Source of the DNA: a virus
Virus record (IMG/VR): IMGVR_UViG_3300045977_000336
Location: 14,419 to 78,418 of that record
Strand: one strand, 5' to 3'
DNA: 64,000 nucleotides
Shown: one piece after another, positions 19,047-29,112 of the stretch
Layout of the letters: every line of letters begins with the position of its first letter
How positions within the stretch are numbered: the first letter of the stretch is position 1
Notes under the pieces: generated by a model
Told to the model about the DNA's origin: nothing
The model's input: only the letters and a program-made list of their open reading frames with translations
The model's database searches: none
Translations under genes and position numbers: made by a program

Positions 19047-19514
19047 CTAAGACCCGCTCGCCGACAGTGGTGCCTTTTGCGCTGCCTTGATTTCTTTCAC
19101 GTCGTTGGTGTCCGGGCTGACCCGATCGGTAGTCTGGTTGGCGATCAGCGCCAGCAGAATCACCTGCACCAAGTACCAGAATCCTCCGGTAGGACATACA
19201 ACGAAAGGGAAGCCGGTATTTGGCGAACAGGCCAGAGCATAAATCACCACGCCAATCAGGATATTGGCCAGAGCCATGATGAGGCGTTTATAGTCATCCA
19301 GCAGCGCCGCCCACCACGTGCGGAAGCGGGGCACATAGGAAGCCGCCAGCGAGAGCACCACGCCCAGGACCGCGGCCAGCACTTCAGGCGTCAGCGCTAC
19401 GGCTGGCTCTTGCGCCGTCGGGACCGGTTGCGCCGGCGCCGCGGCCGCCACATTCAACATCGCCACGGAAAGAATCAAAACGATCACGATTGACACCAAC
19501 ACCTTTGCCTTCAT
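19047..19514 (-). CDS. Holin-like multi-TM protein
   Basis: Signal-like N-terminus, three further hydrophobic helices and a charged C-terminus; GGAGG RBS. Confidence 0.6.
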   Translation of the reverse strand: MKAKVLVSIVIVLILSVAMLNVAAAAPAQPVPTAQEPAVALTPEVLAAVLGVVLSLAASYVPRFRTWWAALLDDYKRLIMALANILIGVVIYALACSPNTGFPFVVCPTGGFWYLVQVILLALIANQTTDRVSPDTNDVKEIKAAQKAPLSASGS

Positions 19515-19786
19515 GTCTGTCCTCCAAAGAAATGTGAAGAAACCGGGGTTCCGGTCCGCTCGATGAGCCACAGGCCGCGCGGCACTGCCTCCGCGCGACC
19601 GATGTAGCCATATTGCACTAGGGCGTCCAGGTGATACTTGACCACGCTGGTGGTTCCAATGCCCACTCCGGCTCCAATCTCACGGTACGTAGGCGCGTAA
19701 TGATGATCGGCGATGAATTTGCGTATGTAATCCAGAATCGCCTGCCGTCTCTGGCTTAAGGCGGGTGGCGCCGATCTCTCCAACAT
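19511..19786 (-). CDS. LexA N-terminal DNA-binding-domain-only protein (copy 1)
   Basis: LSQRRQAILDYIRKFIADHHYAPTYREIGAGVGIGTTSVVKYHLDALVQYGYIGR..PRGL. Confidence 0.85.
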   Translation of the reverse strand: MLERSAPPALSQRRQAILDYIRKFIADHHYAPTYREIGAGVGIGTTSVVKYHLDALVQYGYIGRAEAVPRGLWLIERTGTPVSSHFFGGQT

Positions 19787-19808
19787 GACCTATCCTTGCC
19801 TGAAACGG

Positions 19809-19846
19809 AAAAAGCGCCGTCACCCCCCACGAGGGCACGGCGCTTT
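19809..19846 (-). terminator. Terminator/attenuator-like hairpin at the head of the late operon
   Basis: Minus strand AAAGCGCCGT...ACGGCGCTTTTT. Confidence 0.6.
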
Positions 19847-19893
19847 GGATCTCCGCACAGAGTTAACTGATTGAATTTTAGAACCGGATCACG

Positions 19894-20073
19894 TCACATA
19901 ATTGGATCGAAGTGCTCCGTGATTTTCGGCTTGACCGTTTTTCCGTGGCACTCCACCTCGATCGTCTTGTGGCCGTGCGTGATGTCATCGCTCTGCTTCA
20001 GCATCCAGAGGATAATGGCTTCCAGCCTAGCTGGCACTTCCTGCTTCTTTCCATCGGGGAGAACGATGACCAT
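19894..20073 (-). CDS. 59-aa leaderless protein, first gene of the late operon
   Basis: MVIVLPDGKKQEVPARLEAIILWMLKQ..., below the track length cut-off; ATG 6 nt after the -10 box. Confidence 0.6.
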   Translation of the reverse strand: MVIVLPDGKKQEVPARLEAIILWMLKQSDDITHGHKTIEVECHGKTVKPKITEHFDPIM

Positions 20074-20079
20074 ATCCCT

Positions 20080-20109
20080 ATTTTACGCCCGCTTCGTTTG
20101 AAAAGTCAA
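20080..20109 (-). promoter_or_regulatory. Sigma70-like leaderless promoter
   Basis: TTGACT-N18-TAAAAT-N6-ATG. Confidence 0.65.
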
Positions 20110-20162
20110 TATAGTGAACCACTACAAAAACGGTACACAATACAAACCGCGGGGGCAAACAG

Positions 20163-20272
20163 ATGGGCTTGACAATTAGCGTCAGGCCCATTTTTAACGC
20201 TGCGCGCGGCTGCCGAATAGCCACCGAAACTGCTTGAAGGTGGTTACTGGGCAAGCGTAAACTACACTTACA
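20163..20272 (+). repeat. Diverged direct repeat, copy 1 (hybrid att-like site)
   Basis: Homologous to 29000-29112: 23/29 identity in hairpin A, 40/50 in palindrome B, shared CTTACA end. Confidence 0.8.
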
Positions 20273-20351
20273 GAGGTTGTGTGTCAAACGTCATGCGCGG
20301 CGGATGACAAACGATCCGCAAACTGCCATCATCTGATTCACTACTACACGG

Positions 20352-21176
20352 CTAAGTATTCGCTCTGTCTAATTTTGGAGAAAATGGAGGAAGCTCTGAG
20401 GCTGCTCGCACGATATTCGATAATCCGCTAATTGTTCGTTGTGGGAATTCATCCCAAGTACGACCATCCAAAATGCGGCCACCCGCACTTGGGGTGCGTC
20501 CCCCCCACTGCTTAAAGAAGAAAGCAATACCTGTTCGACGACATCGATCTCGAAGATCCTTGATCCAATCCGGTTTACAGGTGCGATACCCAGGGCCGCT
20601 TTCTCCGCCTGCAATCAGCCAGTGAATATCTTTCAAGTCTAAGCCTTTCAGTGAGTCTAGTAGAGGCTCAGCGCTTATGAAACGGATAGCAGATGGAACT
20701 TTGCGAAGTCGATCGACGCGCCACGCATAACTCATTGTTTCGACAGATACACCCATCCAAATGTTCATCGGCCATGTTGTTGAGCCAGTGATCGTACTAA
20801 GATGTCGGGTAATAGCGGGCACCAAACTAACTAGGCGTGAAGGGCGCTTTGTAAGCACCTGATAAGTGTGCCAGTTTGCTAACGCCATTGTTGTAAAAAC
20901 TTGCAGGATGAACTGCTCGGGGATATCACGATGGAAGAGATCAGACATCGAATTAACGAAGATGCGCCGGGGCTTCTTCCAAGTTATAGGGTAATTGAGT
21001 CGTTCCGGCCATAGCCGCAAATCAAACCCTTGCTCAAAGTGATGCCCTGGGATTCCTCTCCAGCGTTCAGCAAAGGTTCTGGCGTAACAATGATCGCATC
21101 CAGGCGAAACTTCTGTGCATCCAGTGACAGGGTTCCAAGTGGCGTCTGTCCATTCGATAGTCGAATTAAGACTCAT
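20352..21176 (-). CDS. DUF5131 / phage Gp37-Gp68 family protein (radical-SAM-like, CX6CX2C)
   Basis: IEWTDATWNPVTGCTEVSPGCDHCYA, FVNSMSDLFH, GGESG and FFFKQWGG motifs. Confidence 0.92.
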   Translation of the reverse strand: MSLNSTIEWTDATWNPVTGCTEVSPGCDHCYARTFAERWRGIPGHHFEQGFDLRLWPERLNYPITWKKPRRIFVNSMSDLFHRDIPEQFILQVFTTMALANWHTYQVLTKRPSRLVSLVPAITRHLSTITGSTTWPMNIWMGVSVETMSYAWRVDRLRKVPSAIRFISAEPLLDSLKGLDLKDIHWLIAGGESGPGYRTCKPDWIKDLRDRCRRTGIAFFFKQWGGRTPSAGGRILDGRTWDEFPQRTISGLSNIVRAASELPPFSPKLDRANT

Positions 21177-21226
21177 TCCTTTCTCCCCCTATAGAACATC
21201 TTACCTCATTCATGTGTCACCTAATG

Positions 21227-22399
21227 TCACAACGCAAAAGTTATCCGGGTGTTGTCATCACTTAATGCGCCATCATGAGAAAGAATAATACCATCTTTAA
21301 CCAGCTGCCTCAAGGCCTCGGTCACGTGAGGGCCCTTGATCTGACCAAAGTGATGCTCCAGTAATAGCGCATGAAGATCGAGGCGCGTGAGAGAGTGCCC
21401 ATTGCCTTGGGCGTGCCTGCCAGCCGTAGTCATATATTTAGTGATATCTTGCACTTTCGCCTCAAAAATTTCTTTAGGACTAGGATCGATGATAGCAAAC
21501 ATGGTCATTTGAGGACTGGCCTTATAGTGCTCCTTATAGCGCTCAAGATCCCGTTGATACTCCTCCTCAATCTTATAAACGATGTTACTGGCCAGAATCA
21601 ACCCCTTCTTGTTGGCTGTTGCAAAAATTAAATAATACTTGATATCCTCCTGCAGTGAGCCAATACGATATGCAGCCGAATAACCCTGCCCTTTATTCCG
21701 AACAAAATCCCTATTCAAACGTTGAAGGTACAGTTCAACTGCGCGCTCCTTACGTGCTTCGGGATCGGCCGCCTGCAAAGCCTGATGGAGCTTATCGTTG
21801 TCTGATATTCCATAAACACGAGTTAAAATCTCGAATTGCTTATCTGCACCAGGCAACGAGGATCTATAGTAACCATCGCGGCGACGCACTTCATCGGCGT
21901 CAAATCTTAGCCAAAGGTCGGTGGGGGGTTTGCGCGCTATTAACTGTTGGACGGCTTTCCAGTCCATTCCGTCTACACCGAATGGATCTAAAAAGCACAC
22001 TGCCGGATATCGTCCCATCGCTTTCAGAATTGTGGCAATACTGTCGGCAAATGTTCCTGAGATATTCTGGACATACTGTGCATAGGAAACAGTTACCCTT
22101 TCGAGTTCATCAAATGTGTCCCGATCGGATTCAACGTTGATACATCGCAGAGCGTAAGGCTTCGAACTTGCCGCAAACTCCTTTGCCAGCTGGGCGGCCT
22201 GCAACGGAGATCCAGGAATTTGAACCTCACCGGCCTTCCCGTAGCTGCCTCGTCCGGCGAATCCATCTAAATAATAGACGCGGCCATAACTGCTTAGGAT
22301 TTTGGTCGAGCTCTCCAGATATTGTTTGATCAGTTGGAGTTTACGCTCGGACCATTCTTTAAGATCGTCGAAAAATCTGAGATTGGCGGATGGCGTCAT
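21227..22399 (-). CDS. tcmP: Three-Cys-motif partner protein (methyltransferase-like)
   Basis: WSERKL, YLDGFAGRG and FLDPFG motifs; adjacent to DUF5131 as is typical. Confidence 0.85.
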   Translation of the reverse strand: MTPSANLRFFDDLKEWSERKLQLIKQYLESSTKILSSYGRVYYLDGFAGRGSYGKAGEVQIPGSPLQAAQLAKEFAASSKPYALRCINVESDRDTFDELERVTVSYAQYVQNISGTFADSIATILKAMGRYPAVCFLDPFGVDGMDWKAVQQLIARKPPTDLWLRFDADEVRRRDGYYRSSLPGADKQFEILTRVYGISDNDKLHQALQAADPEARKERAVELYLQRLNRDFVRNKGQGYSAAYRIGSLQEDIKYYLIFATANKKGLILASNIVYKIEEEYQRDLERYKEHYKASPQMTMFAIIDPSPKEIFEAKVQDITKYMTTAGRHAQGNGHSLTRLDLHALLLEHHFGQIKGPHVTEALRQLVKDGIILSHDGALSDDNTRITFAL

Positions 22400-22452
22400 T
22401 GGCTTCCTTTCGGCTGAACGACAATCAGGCATGGATTAGTGGCTGCGGTTTG

Positions 22453-23151
22453 CTATCGCAGTGCTTCAAGTTTTTTAAGCAGCAAATTCAAAAAGACGAT
22501 AAATGCCCCACCCTCCTCAGGCGAAGGATCTATTAAGCGATGTGCGTACGGGTTACGGATCACCCCAAAAACGCCGGCATATAATTCGCGATAACCTTGC
22601 AACTCAGATTCATTAGTAAATTTATGCGCTAGTGTTCCTTCTTTACCAAAGATGGCATTGACTAAATTGCGGCCGTCACTTTTGGGGCCAGTAATTCCAC
22701 TAACATCCTTAAGTCGCTCCTCCAGAATTACGGCGGCGGTGCGTACGGCAGAATCCCACAGCACCGGGTCAGTTCCACCAGCCGCAAGAAGGGGTAGGCA
22801 CCGCTGCTTGATCTCTTCATCGAAGTCTGAAATATCGTCCAATGGCGTAAGGTATTTCAAGAAGGAGTTGTCAGGCTGTTGAAAGTTGGAATCAACTGCT
22901 TCAAACGCAGTGCCAGTCAACACAAACCGCCACGTGTGCCGACCACGGTCAACTATATTGATCAACTGGTTCGATTCAAGCACAGTTAATGTCCCTTGCT
23001 TAAGATCTGGATGGTCACCGCGATAATTGATTACGCTTGAGCCTCCCATAGTCCAGGTCACCATTATCTCTTCCCCCAGAGAGCCGTTACGAGACTGTTC
23101 GACAAGAAACTCAATTACTGCTTTCTGACTATCCGTAAGGTTGTATGGCAT
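22453..23151 (-). CDS. TIGR02391-like (Ymh-type) protein
   Basis: AVRTAAVILEERLK..DGRNLVNAIF..GVFGVIRNPYAH. Confidence 0.75.
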   Translation of the reverse strand: MPYNLTDSQKAVIEFLVEQSRNGSLGEEIMVTWTMGGSSVINYRGDHPDLKQGTLTVLESNQLINIVDRGRHTWRFVLTGTAFEAVDSNFQQPDNSFLKYLTPLDDISDFDEEIKQRCLPLLAAGGTDPVLWDSAVRTAAVILEERLKDVSGITGPKSDGRNLVNAIFGKEGTLAHKFTNESELQGYRELYAGVFGVIRNPYAHRLIDPSPEEGGAFIVFLNLLLKKLEALR

Positions 23152-23220
23152 GATTGTTTTATACTCTCACATGAAAATGACAGGCTGGCAAGCAGCAGAA
23201 GAGACTGGTTACCATGGCGC

Positions 23221-24129
23221 TTATTCTGAATCACTTGAGGGTAATACCGCGTCTTCATCATTCTCTACTACCGTGACTTCAGCGCCGTGGGCCTTCCAGT
23301 CCTCCACAAGTGCAAGGCGATACTCTTCGTCTGGCTCTGCCTCACACAAAGTTCCCAATTCAACCCCAATATCAGTTAACGGGTAACATCCAATTTGTAG
23401 CCAGGGTTGAGCATTAATAATATGACGTTTGTCAAAATACGTGGCCTCAAATGGATTATTTTCTTCGGCAACAGTTAGGGCGGCGTCAGATGTAGCCGAT
23501 AACAGGCCTAGTGATTGAAGGTGGACAAGGTCAATGAAACCCAGGTCTCGTCGTTTCATAATTTCTGTTGACGCGCCACCGTACAGATGAACATATCCAT
23601 TCCATATATAAGCATTAAAGCGCTGGAATAATTTGGCATCCTCTGGGCTCAGCACCCGAACGGTTTGTAGCGTACGAAGCGAGAAACTTCCCGGTTCTGC
23701 AACTTCCCCAGCAAGCAACTTTGCCCACAGCTGCTGCATTTCATTATTTCCAATATCTTGGGCGTAATTGAAGAATTGAACAATCCAATCCTCATCGACT
23801 GGTTGATTGTTTACAGACGTCGGCAATTGATCAATTGCTTGGTCAACAATAACATCAATGTTTCGCTGCCGTCTGATTTCCAGATTCTTCGTACGCTCTT
23901 GGGCCTGCTCTGCCAGCAGTTGCAATTCAATTTCACTTTCAGCCTTAATTAAGGCAGCGTCGCCTTCAGCGCGCGCGGCAACCCTCAGCGCGTATGCATC
24001 AGCGTCCGCTTTGCGGCGAATGCGCTTTGGCTCATACGATGCACCCACCGCTGCTCTTACAGCCTCGATTAACTTGCTGATAGGCTCAGTTAGATTGAGG
24101 TTAATCAAAGAGGATGACGGATCTGGCAT
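23221..24129 (-). CDS. DUF2806-like protein
   Basis: RRQRNIDVI, VDEDWIVQFFNYAQDIGNNEMQQLWAKLLAGEVAEPGSFSLRTL. Confidence 0.8.
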   Translation of the reverse strand: MPDPSSSLINLNLTEPISKLIEAVRAAVGASYEPKRIRRKADADAYALRVAARAEGDAALIKAESEIELQLLAEQAQERTKNLEIRRQRNIDVIVDQAIDQLPTSVNNQPVDEDWIVQFFNYAQDIGNNEMQQLWAKLLAGEVAEPGSFSLRTLQTVRVLSPEDAKLFQRFNAYIWNGYVHLYGGASTEIMKRRDLGFIDLVHLQSLGLLSATSDAALTVAEENNPFEATYFDKRHIINAQPWLQIGCYPLTDIGVELGTLCEAEPDEEYRLALVEDWKAHGAEVTVVENDEDAVLPSSDSE

Positions 24130-24193
24130 TAGACCTCCCAATTTCGCCTTAACCCAGTCGGCGCGCAATCAAAGATTATCGATCCCATCGCGA

Positions 24194-27013
24194 TTAGTCC
24201 GACTTAATATTGGCGGCTCGCTCCAGATTCAACGCCAGCAGCCGCGCCAGGATTTCATCATCGCTCAGGTCGGTCGGCCAGCCATAAGCGGCGAAGACGG
24301 CCGCGTCGAGTTTTTTGTGCGCGTTGTCGAGCCAGGTTGGCCGCGCATTGTACAGGTTCGTCAGCGTTTGTTTCTTTAACTCGGCTTCACTCGCGTCTGG
24401 TGGGTTAAGCCACGCGTCACGCAACTGAACGAGATCCCGCGCAGCCTCAGCGATAGCCTGCACAAGTGGATTAGTCTTGGGCTCTTTGCCCGGCGGCCAC
24501 GGAAAGGCGAACGTTTCAAAAGTGGATGTGGGCGTGTAACGTGTTCCGCTCTCCGCTTCTCGTAGTTGCGTCGCCTTACGACGCGACCAAAGTTCATGAA
24601 TCCTGGAATGCAGTACACCAAAGAAGTAATCGTCATCCCGTGCGACAACGATCACGAGGTTTTCAGGCACAACATTTATGGATTGCCATACAAATATACG
24701 ATGCTTTGATACCATCGGTGTTACTATATACCGCATCAAAGGCGTGATAGCCCTGCGCATTCCGGGCCTGGTATCTCCAAAGAGCCACCACTTTTTACGA
24801 TGCGCTGCTCGGCGCACTTTATCCCGTACTGGCTTGACGTGCTTTTTCACATACTCAAATGGCATTTCATATTTGGCCGCTTCGGCAAGTGGCATATCTG
24901 GTCCGAAGTCGATGATCCACATACGCCGCGGATTCTGTGTCACATCGATTGCATTTATCCACGGTTTAACTACATCACTGTTTGGGCGCTTGTTAGGATT
25001 CCCTTTTGTGGCGAGCATTTCTTGAGCTTGTGGCTCAGTCAGATCAAATGGTCCCGACTTCTGAGTGCCAACGAAGCTCAATCTCGCATTCTCCGTCAAT
25101 GTTTCCGCTGTTGTTAGATCAGCAGTGCTCGACAAATCAGAGTTGATATTGCCAACTTGCTTACCGTCTAAAACCCGCTTTCCTTCCATCCCCTTATCAA
25201 ACCCTATCATCGCAACATGGACTATGGCACCATCGAGAACCCAGTCTCGATCAGATTCAGCAAAGAAGATATCTCCAGTTTGCTTGATGCGATCCAGTAC
25301 CGTCCGATTCAGTCCCCCCCGAATACCTTGCGTTGCGAGCAGACCAACCCTCTGCGTAACGCCCAACTCGATCATACTCCTCGCCTTCTCAAGCCAATAG
25401 CAGACAAGATCGCTTCCGCCGGGAATGCGATCTGTATACAGAGATCTCAATGCATCAACGTATTTATCGCCGAGTTCGCGACGCATTTTCCGATCGCCAA
25501 CGAACGGCGGATTGCCGACGATCACATCGGCAGCCGGCCACTTTGGCTCGGCCGGCTGGCCAGTCTCGTCGAAGGCGAGAATGGCATCCATCTGCTGAAC
25601 TGTATCGATGGGCCTCAAGATCGGCTCGGGTGGAAAGCCAAACCCATTCAGATCGAACCACTGAATATAGCCGATCCAGATGGTGGTCCGCGCCAGTTCC
25701 TGGGCGTATTCGTCCTTCTCGATGCCGTATAATTGCGCCGGCGACGGAGCCACGTCTGGCATCGGCATCAGGCGCGGAAAGCCTAACTCGGCCATGAGGT
25801 TTGAAACTTCTTTCCACAGGTCGAGCAGCGAGACCAGGGCGAGATAGAGAAAATTCCCGCTACCGCAGGCAGGGTCGAGCACGGAGGTGTCGGCCAGTTC
25901 GGTGGCAAATCCGATTAGCCGATCGCGCAGTTGCTTGTCGAGTTTCGTCTTCTTCGCGCCGGCGGCCGCTTTGCGCTGCGCGGCCAGGTCGCTGGCCTGC
26001 TGCTGCACCTCGGCCCATTTCCGGCGCAGCGGCGCCATGAGCACCGGCTCAAGGATTAAAAGAATATCCTCTTTACTGGTGTACTGCGCGCCTAACTGCG
26101 CACGCTTTGATGGGTCCAGGCTGCGCACAAACAACGTGCCGAAGATCGACGGCTCAATGCTGGACCAATCGAGGGTACTCACCCGCCGCAAGATCTCCAG
26201 GCCGTCAGTGTCCAACTCAAATGCAGCCGCATTGTCGAACAGCCGGCCGTTGAAGTATTTGATTTCATCGGCTCCAAAGAAACCGCCCGTGGCCATGGCC
26301 TGAAAAAGTTGCCGCACCTGGGGCACGAACGTCTTCGGTTTTTGACGGGCCTGTGTCACGATGCGCGTAAACAACCGATCGGGCAGTAACCCCACGTCCT
26401 CGGCAAACAGGCAGAAGAGACAACGGATCAAAAAGTGCGCGGCCTCGTGCGGAGGCGTGCCATATTGGCGCAGCAGCTCGGCCAACCGGGCAAATTCCGC
26501 GGCTGCTTGCTGGGTCACCTGCTCGGTGGTTTGAGCGGCTTTGAAGAAATCGGGATCGTGGAAGACGGCGCGCACTTGGTGCAAGCCGTCACTCGTGACA
26601 AGATCTTTTAGTGTGATCGTGTGGACCTTGTGGACCGTGTTGGTGAAGTTGGTGTGCACCACAATGCGATCCATGTCGCACACGACCAGCAGCGGCGGGT
26701 TAAGCAGGTCGGAGCGATACTGAAGCAGTTGGCTGTATGCCTTGTCGAGGTTGGCGTGCTTGCCCTTATACTCCCAGCCGAAGAATCCACGCTTGAAAAC
26801 ATCGGCGAAGCCGTGGCCGCCGTCTTGTTTGGAGGCGCCGTATTCGAATGCGAAGCGCTCACCGGTGGGATCGTCTTCGGCCGGCGTCGGGTGGCCAATC
26901 AGATGGCAGAGGTCGAGGAAGTGTTCCTGGCAAGCAGCCCGTTCTTTGAGTTCGACGTGCCGCCATTTATCGACGAAGGCCTGCGGGGTCAGGATCGGTG
27001 ATATACTGGACAT
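24194..27013 (-). CDS. MmeI-like type IIG/IIL restriction-modification enzyme (nuclease + m6A MTase + TRD)
   Basis: N-terminal ADVF..WEYKG PD-(D/E)xK motif; LDPACGSGNF motif I; GNPPF motif IV; C-terminal TRD. Confidence 0.88.
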   Translation of the reverse strand: MSSISPILTPQAFVDKWRHVELKERAACQEHFLDLCHLIGHPTPAEDDPTGERFAFEYGASKQDGGHGFADVFKRGFFGWEYKGKHANLDKAYSQLLQYRSDLLNPPLLVVCDMDRIVVHTNFTNTVHKVHTITLKDLVTSDGLHQVRAVFHDPDFFKAAQTTEQVTQQAAAEFARLAELLRQYGTPPHEAAHFLIRCLFCLFAEDVGLLPDRLFTRIVTQARQKPKTFVPQVRQLFQAMATGGFFGADEIKYFNGRLFDNAAAFELDTDGLEILRRVSTLDWSSIEPSIFGTLFVRSLDPSKRAQLGAQYTSKEDILLILEPVLMAPLRRKWAEVQQQASDLAAQRKAAAGAKKTKLDKQLRDRLIGFATELADTSVLDPACGSGNFLYLALVSLLDLWKEVSNLMAELGFPRLMPMPDVAPSPAQLYGIEKDEYAQELARTTIWIGYIQWFDLNGFGFPPEPILRPIDTVQQMDAILAFDETGQPAEPKWPAADVIVGNPPFVGDRKMRRELGDKYVDALRSLYTDRIPGGSDLVCYWLEKARSMIELGVTQRVGLLATQGIRGGLNRTVLDRIKQTGDIFFAESDRDWVLDGAIVHVAMIGFDKGMEGKRVLDGKQVGNINSDLSSTADLTTAETLTENARLSFVGTQKSGPFDLTEPQAQEMLATKGNPNKRPNSDVVKPWINAIDVTQNPRRMWIIDFGPDMPLAEAAKYEMPFEYVKKHVKPVRDKVRRAAHRKKWWLFGDTRPGMRRAITPLMRYIVTPMVSKHRIFVWQSINVVPENLVIVVARDDDYFFGVLHSRIHELWSRRKATQLREAESGTRYTPTSTFETFAFPWPPGKEPKTNPLVQAIAEAARDLVQLRDAWLNPPDASEAELKKQTLTNLYNARPTWLDNAHKKLDAAVFAAYGWPTDLSDDEILARLLALNLERAANIKSD

Positions 27014-27211
27014 ATCGACGTGGACGCTCCGCGTTGATCAAGCCCCGGCTGTTGGTAGCAGTGCGGGGCGTTCTGCTGGCAGTATAGCACACGCCGGTGA
27101 TTAGCAGAAATGCGACTGGAGCGCTGACCGCATCTTTTCTCGGAAACACTGGCTTGAATACTACATCGGTCACGCTGTTATGCCCTACGCCCTCGCTCAT
27201 TGCCCAGTCTG

Positions 27212-28147
27212 TTACTTGGCCCACTCGGCCTGGTCAACCACGATTTCGTATCTATCATTTGATTGTGTTGGTGCTTTCACTATCACCTGGTAGGTAGATA
27301 ATTGTCCGGGAAAAATGACATCGCTATCTGGTGCTCCATAAACGGTGTTGAGCACATGATTACTATTGTCTTTAATTCGGAGCAATAACCGTATCCGATC
27401 AATTGGCAGATCACATAGATTCTTGAGCGTCCCAGATACCTGTATATTGGCGGCCGTACGTTTCGCTTCGCGTGACATGATCCCTATACATGTCACTACA
27501 CTCGTCGATCCGAATCGGTTAATAATGGGCGTTACAGTTGCCGACACAGCGGCCGGGGCGGACTGTATATTTGTCGTCGCCGGTGCCCTTGGCGCGGCCC
27601 AGACGATCATCGCGCCGGTTGCCAATCCACCTAACAATAATACAACTAACACGGCCTGTCGTGCCATTACTGCACCAGCCATTGCCCCGGCCATAATCAA
27701 CCCGAATACCATGATATTTTCAGGCTGAATCGTTATACCGCGCCACACAAGATAGGATATGCTTAATAGCCCGACTCCGGCGCTTATCAAAACGCCGCGC
27801 CTAGGAGTCGCTAGCCGCCCGATAACCAGACCGCCTATGAAGAAGCTGAGCGGATAAGCAAGAAACAAACCAAGATCGATTGATGTAGTGAAATCAATCG
27901 TGCCCTGCTGATACATCGAGCGAATAATTCCGGTACTGACATAGAACAGAACGCCGGCAACAAACAGGCCCACAAGGGCGGCCGCCCCTGAGCGCCAGTC
28001 AAATCTGATTTTTCCGCTGTCTTTGGCTGTGACTTGCATAGATGGTGTGACCGCAGAGGGCACATGCACACGCAGATCATGTCCACAATACCGGCAAACA
28101 ATAGCTGCTTCTTGGATTTCCTCGGCGCAGTAAGGGCAACGCTTCAT
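27212..28147 (-). CDS. Zinc-ribbon membrane protein with a C-terminal extracellular Ig-like domain
   Basis: [13 protein letters not shown], about five TM helices, VSGTLKN domain. Confidence 0.75.
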   Translation of the reverse strand: MKRCPYCAEEIQEAAIVCRYCGHDLRVHVPSAVTPSMQVTAKDSGKIRFDWRSGAAALVGLFVAGVLFYVSTGIIRSMYQQGTIDFTTSIDLGLFLAYPLSFFIGGLVIGRLATPRRGVLISAGVGLLSISYLVWRGITIQPENIMVFGLIMAGAMAGAVMARQAVLVVLLLGGLATGAMIVWAAPRAPATTNIQSAPAAVSATVTPIINRFGSTSVVTCIGIMSREAKRTAANIQVSGTLKNLCDLPIDRIRLLLRIKDNSNHVLNTVYGAPDSDVIFPGQLSTYQVIVKAPTQSNDRYEIVVDQAEWAK

Positions 28148-28192
28148 GGCTTCCTCCAGGGATTCAAGTGTTATATTTGCTATGGTGTCCTC

Positions 28193-28768
28193 CTAGCTCT
28201 CGCACCCGATCCCGTCGCCATCCTTGTCAAATCCATGAGGGTCGGGTGGCAGGACCCGGAACTTTTTATGCGGCGCCAGATCCTTGCAATTCAAATCGGG
28301 CGGTGGCGGAGCGATGCAGAAATCTGGATAGGCCGGATCGCAATTCCCCGTCTGCGGCTCAGGCGTCCAGGTCCACGTCGGCTCCGGCAGCGGCGTATCC
28401 GTCGGGATGATGGGCTGTGGGGTGTTCGTAGGGACGATCGGGACTGGCGTGTTGGTCGCCACGATCGGCGCTGATGTGCGCGTTGGTGCAGGCGGTTTCG
28501 TCGGGGCCTTGGTCGATGTGGCCACCACCGTCGCGCTGGGCTGCGGCGTGATAGACGGTCGCGGGGTATCAGTTGCTGCCAGCGTTGAGGTTGGCAATGG
28601 GTGTCGCGTGTCTGTGGGAAGGATCGTCGTCAACGTCGACGCGGGTGTGGCGCTGGCCACCTCAATGACCATCTCGACGGTTGCCACAGGCGTGGCCGGC
28701 GGCCGGTCCGGTACCGCACAGGCGGCGAGTAATGCCGTCACGATTACAGCGAGGGATCTATGTCTCAT
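28193..28768 (-). CDS. PT-rich lipoprotein with an excalibur-like Ca-binding C-terminus
   Basis: Lipobox LAAC; CDPAYP..C..DLNC..DPHGFDKDGDGIGCE. Confidence 0.8.
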   Translation of the reverse strand: MRHRSLAVIVTALLAACAVPDRPPATPVATVEMVIEVASATPASTLTTILPTDTRHPLPTSTLAATDTPRPSITPQPSATVVATSTKAPTKPPAPTRTSAPIVATNTPVPIVPTNTPQPIIPTDTPLPEPTWTWTPEPQTGNCDPAYPDFCIAPPPPDLNCKDLAPHKKFRVLPPDPHGFDKDGDGIGCES

Positions 28769-28999
28769 CGTTGGACTCCATCCAGATTGATGGTCAGACA
28801 ACAAAACGCGAGAGATAGCCTGTCACCATCTCCCGCCCCCGCTGACTTCAGTGTATTACGATTGCGTCGTTCTGTAAATAAGTAAAACTACGTAGGACAT
28901 CCGTTCTGAGTCCTGGTGTTTCCGCGGCACCCTATGGCCCGCCGCTGACGGCGGACACGGGCAAACACGTCCGGCGCAAGGTCTCGCCATGAAGAAAGG

Positions 29000-29112
29000 A
29001 CGGGCCTGACGATAAGCGTCAGACCCGTCACCGTACACCGCTCTCGCGGCTGCCCAGTAGCTTCCTATACTGCCAGGAGGTGGCTACTGGGCAATTGTGA
29101 ATCACTCTTACA
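29000..29112 (+). repeat. Diverged direct repeat, copy 2
   Basis: Homologous to 20163-20272. Confidence 0.8.

Noticed and set aside
99-19493. Long plus-strand ORFs over the late region, and minus-strand ORFs over the early region
   Set aside because: They are antisense shadows of GC-rich genes, Arg/Ala-rich and lacking RBSs or motifs; the RHH pair is the only supported overlap
23183-23210. Additional att-like copy between the DUF2806 and TIGR02391 genes (GGCTG..AG.AGC...ACTG)
   Set aside because: It has only weak half-site similarity and no right arm, so an integron-like per-gene cassette array is not supported
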